64,000 nt of DNA, taken from NCBI GenBank assembly GCA_034780895.1, contig JAUZTB010000079.1:16146085-16210084 (forward strand). The letters run 5' to 3'. Every line of letters starts with the position of its first letter. Within the stretch, counting starts at the first letter, position 1. This DNA comes from Rhynchobatus australiae. Taxonomy: Eukaryota. The notes below the pieces were generated by a model. That model saw nothing but the letters and a program-made list of their open reading frames with translations, searched no databases and had not been told where the DNA came from. Shown here in pieces: positions 62,190 to 64,000 of this stretch. The position numbers and the translations under genes are program-made.

Positions 62190-62600
62190 TAGCTGAGATG
62201 TAACACTCTTGTTTCTGAGTTAGAAAGGTGTGGGTCCAAATCCTACTGTAACACTAAAATCTAGGCTGATGCCCCAGTGGAGTATTGAGTGAGTGCCTTC
62301 CTGCCAGAAGTGCTGCCGTTTGGATGAGATATTGAACTGACATTCCACTTGCTTGGTAAATAGGATTAAATGGTCCCCTGACACAATATGAAAGACAAGA
62401 ACAAGAGTTAAACTTTTTGTCCTGCTGGATATATTTTCCTTACTCACTATTAAAATATATTATCATTTATATTATTATATATTGTCATCTTTGTTAGAGT
62501 TTAGTGTGACTGCCACATTACCTACACAGTGTGTACACTTAGTTGATTGTACACTACTTTGGGATGTTCTAAAAAAGAAAGGCACCACAGAAAATAAGGT
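62190..62600 (+). mobile_element. DeuSINE (SacSINE1-like)
   Basis: ctgagttagaaaggtgtgggtccaaatcctact...aaatctaggctga...cagtggagtattgag...agaagtgctgccgtttggatgagatattgaac...ctttgggatgttct...gaaaggcac. Confidence 0.75.
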
Positions 62601-63294
62601 AATATTTTTTCCTTTCCATGCAATCCTTACAAATTTAAAATTTGACACTTGCTGATGGCTGTTTCTATTGCATAATCTGTCACAGTTTTGATGGTGATAG
62701 GGATATGTGTTAGAATTAACAAGACCCACCTTAAATCTACTTTCTGCTCTGTGTGAATGTGATCCCAGTTTGTGAAGCTATGAATAATTTCATCCCTGGG
62801 CTGCATGTCACCCAATACATTGAATTTAAAATTTTCATTCTTGTCTTCAATCTCCTCAGCAACCTAATCCTGCCTCTAGGCATATATCTTCCTCTATTCT
62901 TTAATCCTCAATTCTAGCCCTTTGCGTAGCTTGCCTTTCTTACCCCTCATGGTTGCTGGCTACAGAATCTTGACTTACTGCATTCCCACTTTTTTGGAAC
63001 CATCTAAGAAGTTCTTTATCCCCAGCTTTCTTTGTAATTTTCCATCTCTGTAAAATCTTTTCGGTCCAATATTTCCACCATTTTGGTCATGCATTCAGTT
63101 TCTCGATTCAATTTTAGTTTAGTTTTTGGTGCTCTTCTGTATATGTAGTATCACGGAATATTTTTTGTTACTATGCAGGAGAGATTCTCTTATAAAAATT
63201 TTTCTAATATGCATTTTTCATTGTCAATGACTTGATAATCATTTTGTTCTTCAAAATGGGGATCTTTATGATCGTCTTCACCTCACCTGTTGGA

Positions 63295-64000
63295 TAGAGT
63301 CACGGAATCATATAGCACAGAAACACTGCCCTTTGGCCCAACTCATCCATGCTGACCAAGTTGCCTATGTGATCTAATCCCATTTTCCTACATTTGACCC
63401 ACATCCCTCTAAAGCTTTCCTATCCATATTCCTGTCTAACTATCTTTTAAACATTGTAATTGTCCCCATCTCTATCACTTCCTCTGGGAGCTCGATCCAT
63501 ATACTCTCTCTGTGGAAAAACTTGCCCCTCAATTCTCCTTTAAGTCTTTGCCCAATAACCTTAAACCCATAACTTCTAGTTTAAGACTTCCGTACCCTGG
63601 GAAAAAGACTGACTGTCCACCTTATCTATGACCCTCATGATTTTGTATACCTCTATAAGGTTACCTCTGAGCCATCTATGCTCCAAGCCGAACAGCCTCA
63701 GCTTTTCCAGGCTCTCCTTATAATTCAAGCCATCCAATCCTGACAACATTGTTGTGAACCTTTCTGCACCTCTCTAGCTTAATGTCATCTCTCCCATAAC
63801 TAGACAACCAGAACTACACACAATACTCCAAGAGCAGTCTCGCCAATGTCTGGTACAGCTTTAACATGACATCCTAACTCTTGTACTCAGTGCCCTGACC
63901 ATTGAAGACAAAAGCACCTTCACCATTCTGTTTACCTGTGTTGCCACATACAGGGAACTAGGTACTTGTATCACAAGGTCTCTCCATTCTACGTCACTCT
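63295..64000 (-). mobile_element. CR1 LINE 3' portion (continues past the window edge)
   Basis: Tail cacggaatcatatagcacagaaacactgccctttggccca; reverse of EYCV.FW (ccagaactacacacaatactcc); colinear with 40988-41830. Confidence 0.9.

Noticed and set aside
1-64000. CRISPR arrays, operons, rRNA genes or a prokaryote-style defence system
   Set aside because: The window is vertebrate intronic DNA. There are no regularly spaced repeats, and the RT and GIY-YIG fragments are explained by known retrotransposon clades.

Overview
This is AT-rich, CpG-poor vertebrate genomic DNA from a gapped short-read assembly. The repeat content (CR1/HER1-type LINEs, HE1/V-SINEs, SacSINE1-like DeuSINEs, Rex1, RTE and Penelope-like elements) points to a cartilaginous fish. 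The only host gene I can support is PEAK1 (SgK269 pseudokinase) on the + strand. It has a 3.3-kb first coding exon (46237-49556, ATG at 46354) and a phase-compatible 194-bp exon (60508-60701); the pseudokinase exons lie beyond the window. Everything else is non-coding and full of decayed, often nested, retroelements. I found no convincing new multi-gene system. The best leads are: (1) a head-to-head Penelope-like element whose terminal repeat carries a minimal hammerhead-ribozyme core; (2) a CR1 insertion holding an inverted copy of its own insertion junction; (3) a V-SINE with an apparently Rex1-derived tail; (4) an AG|GT recursive-splice-like acceptor and a uORF cluster at the start of the giant exon; (5) a CpG-rich patch after the second exon; (6) a pre-miRNA-like hairpin beside unexplained coding-like fossils. 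All family assignments are by motif recognition, and repeat boundaries are approximate unless stated.
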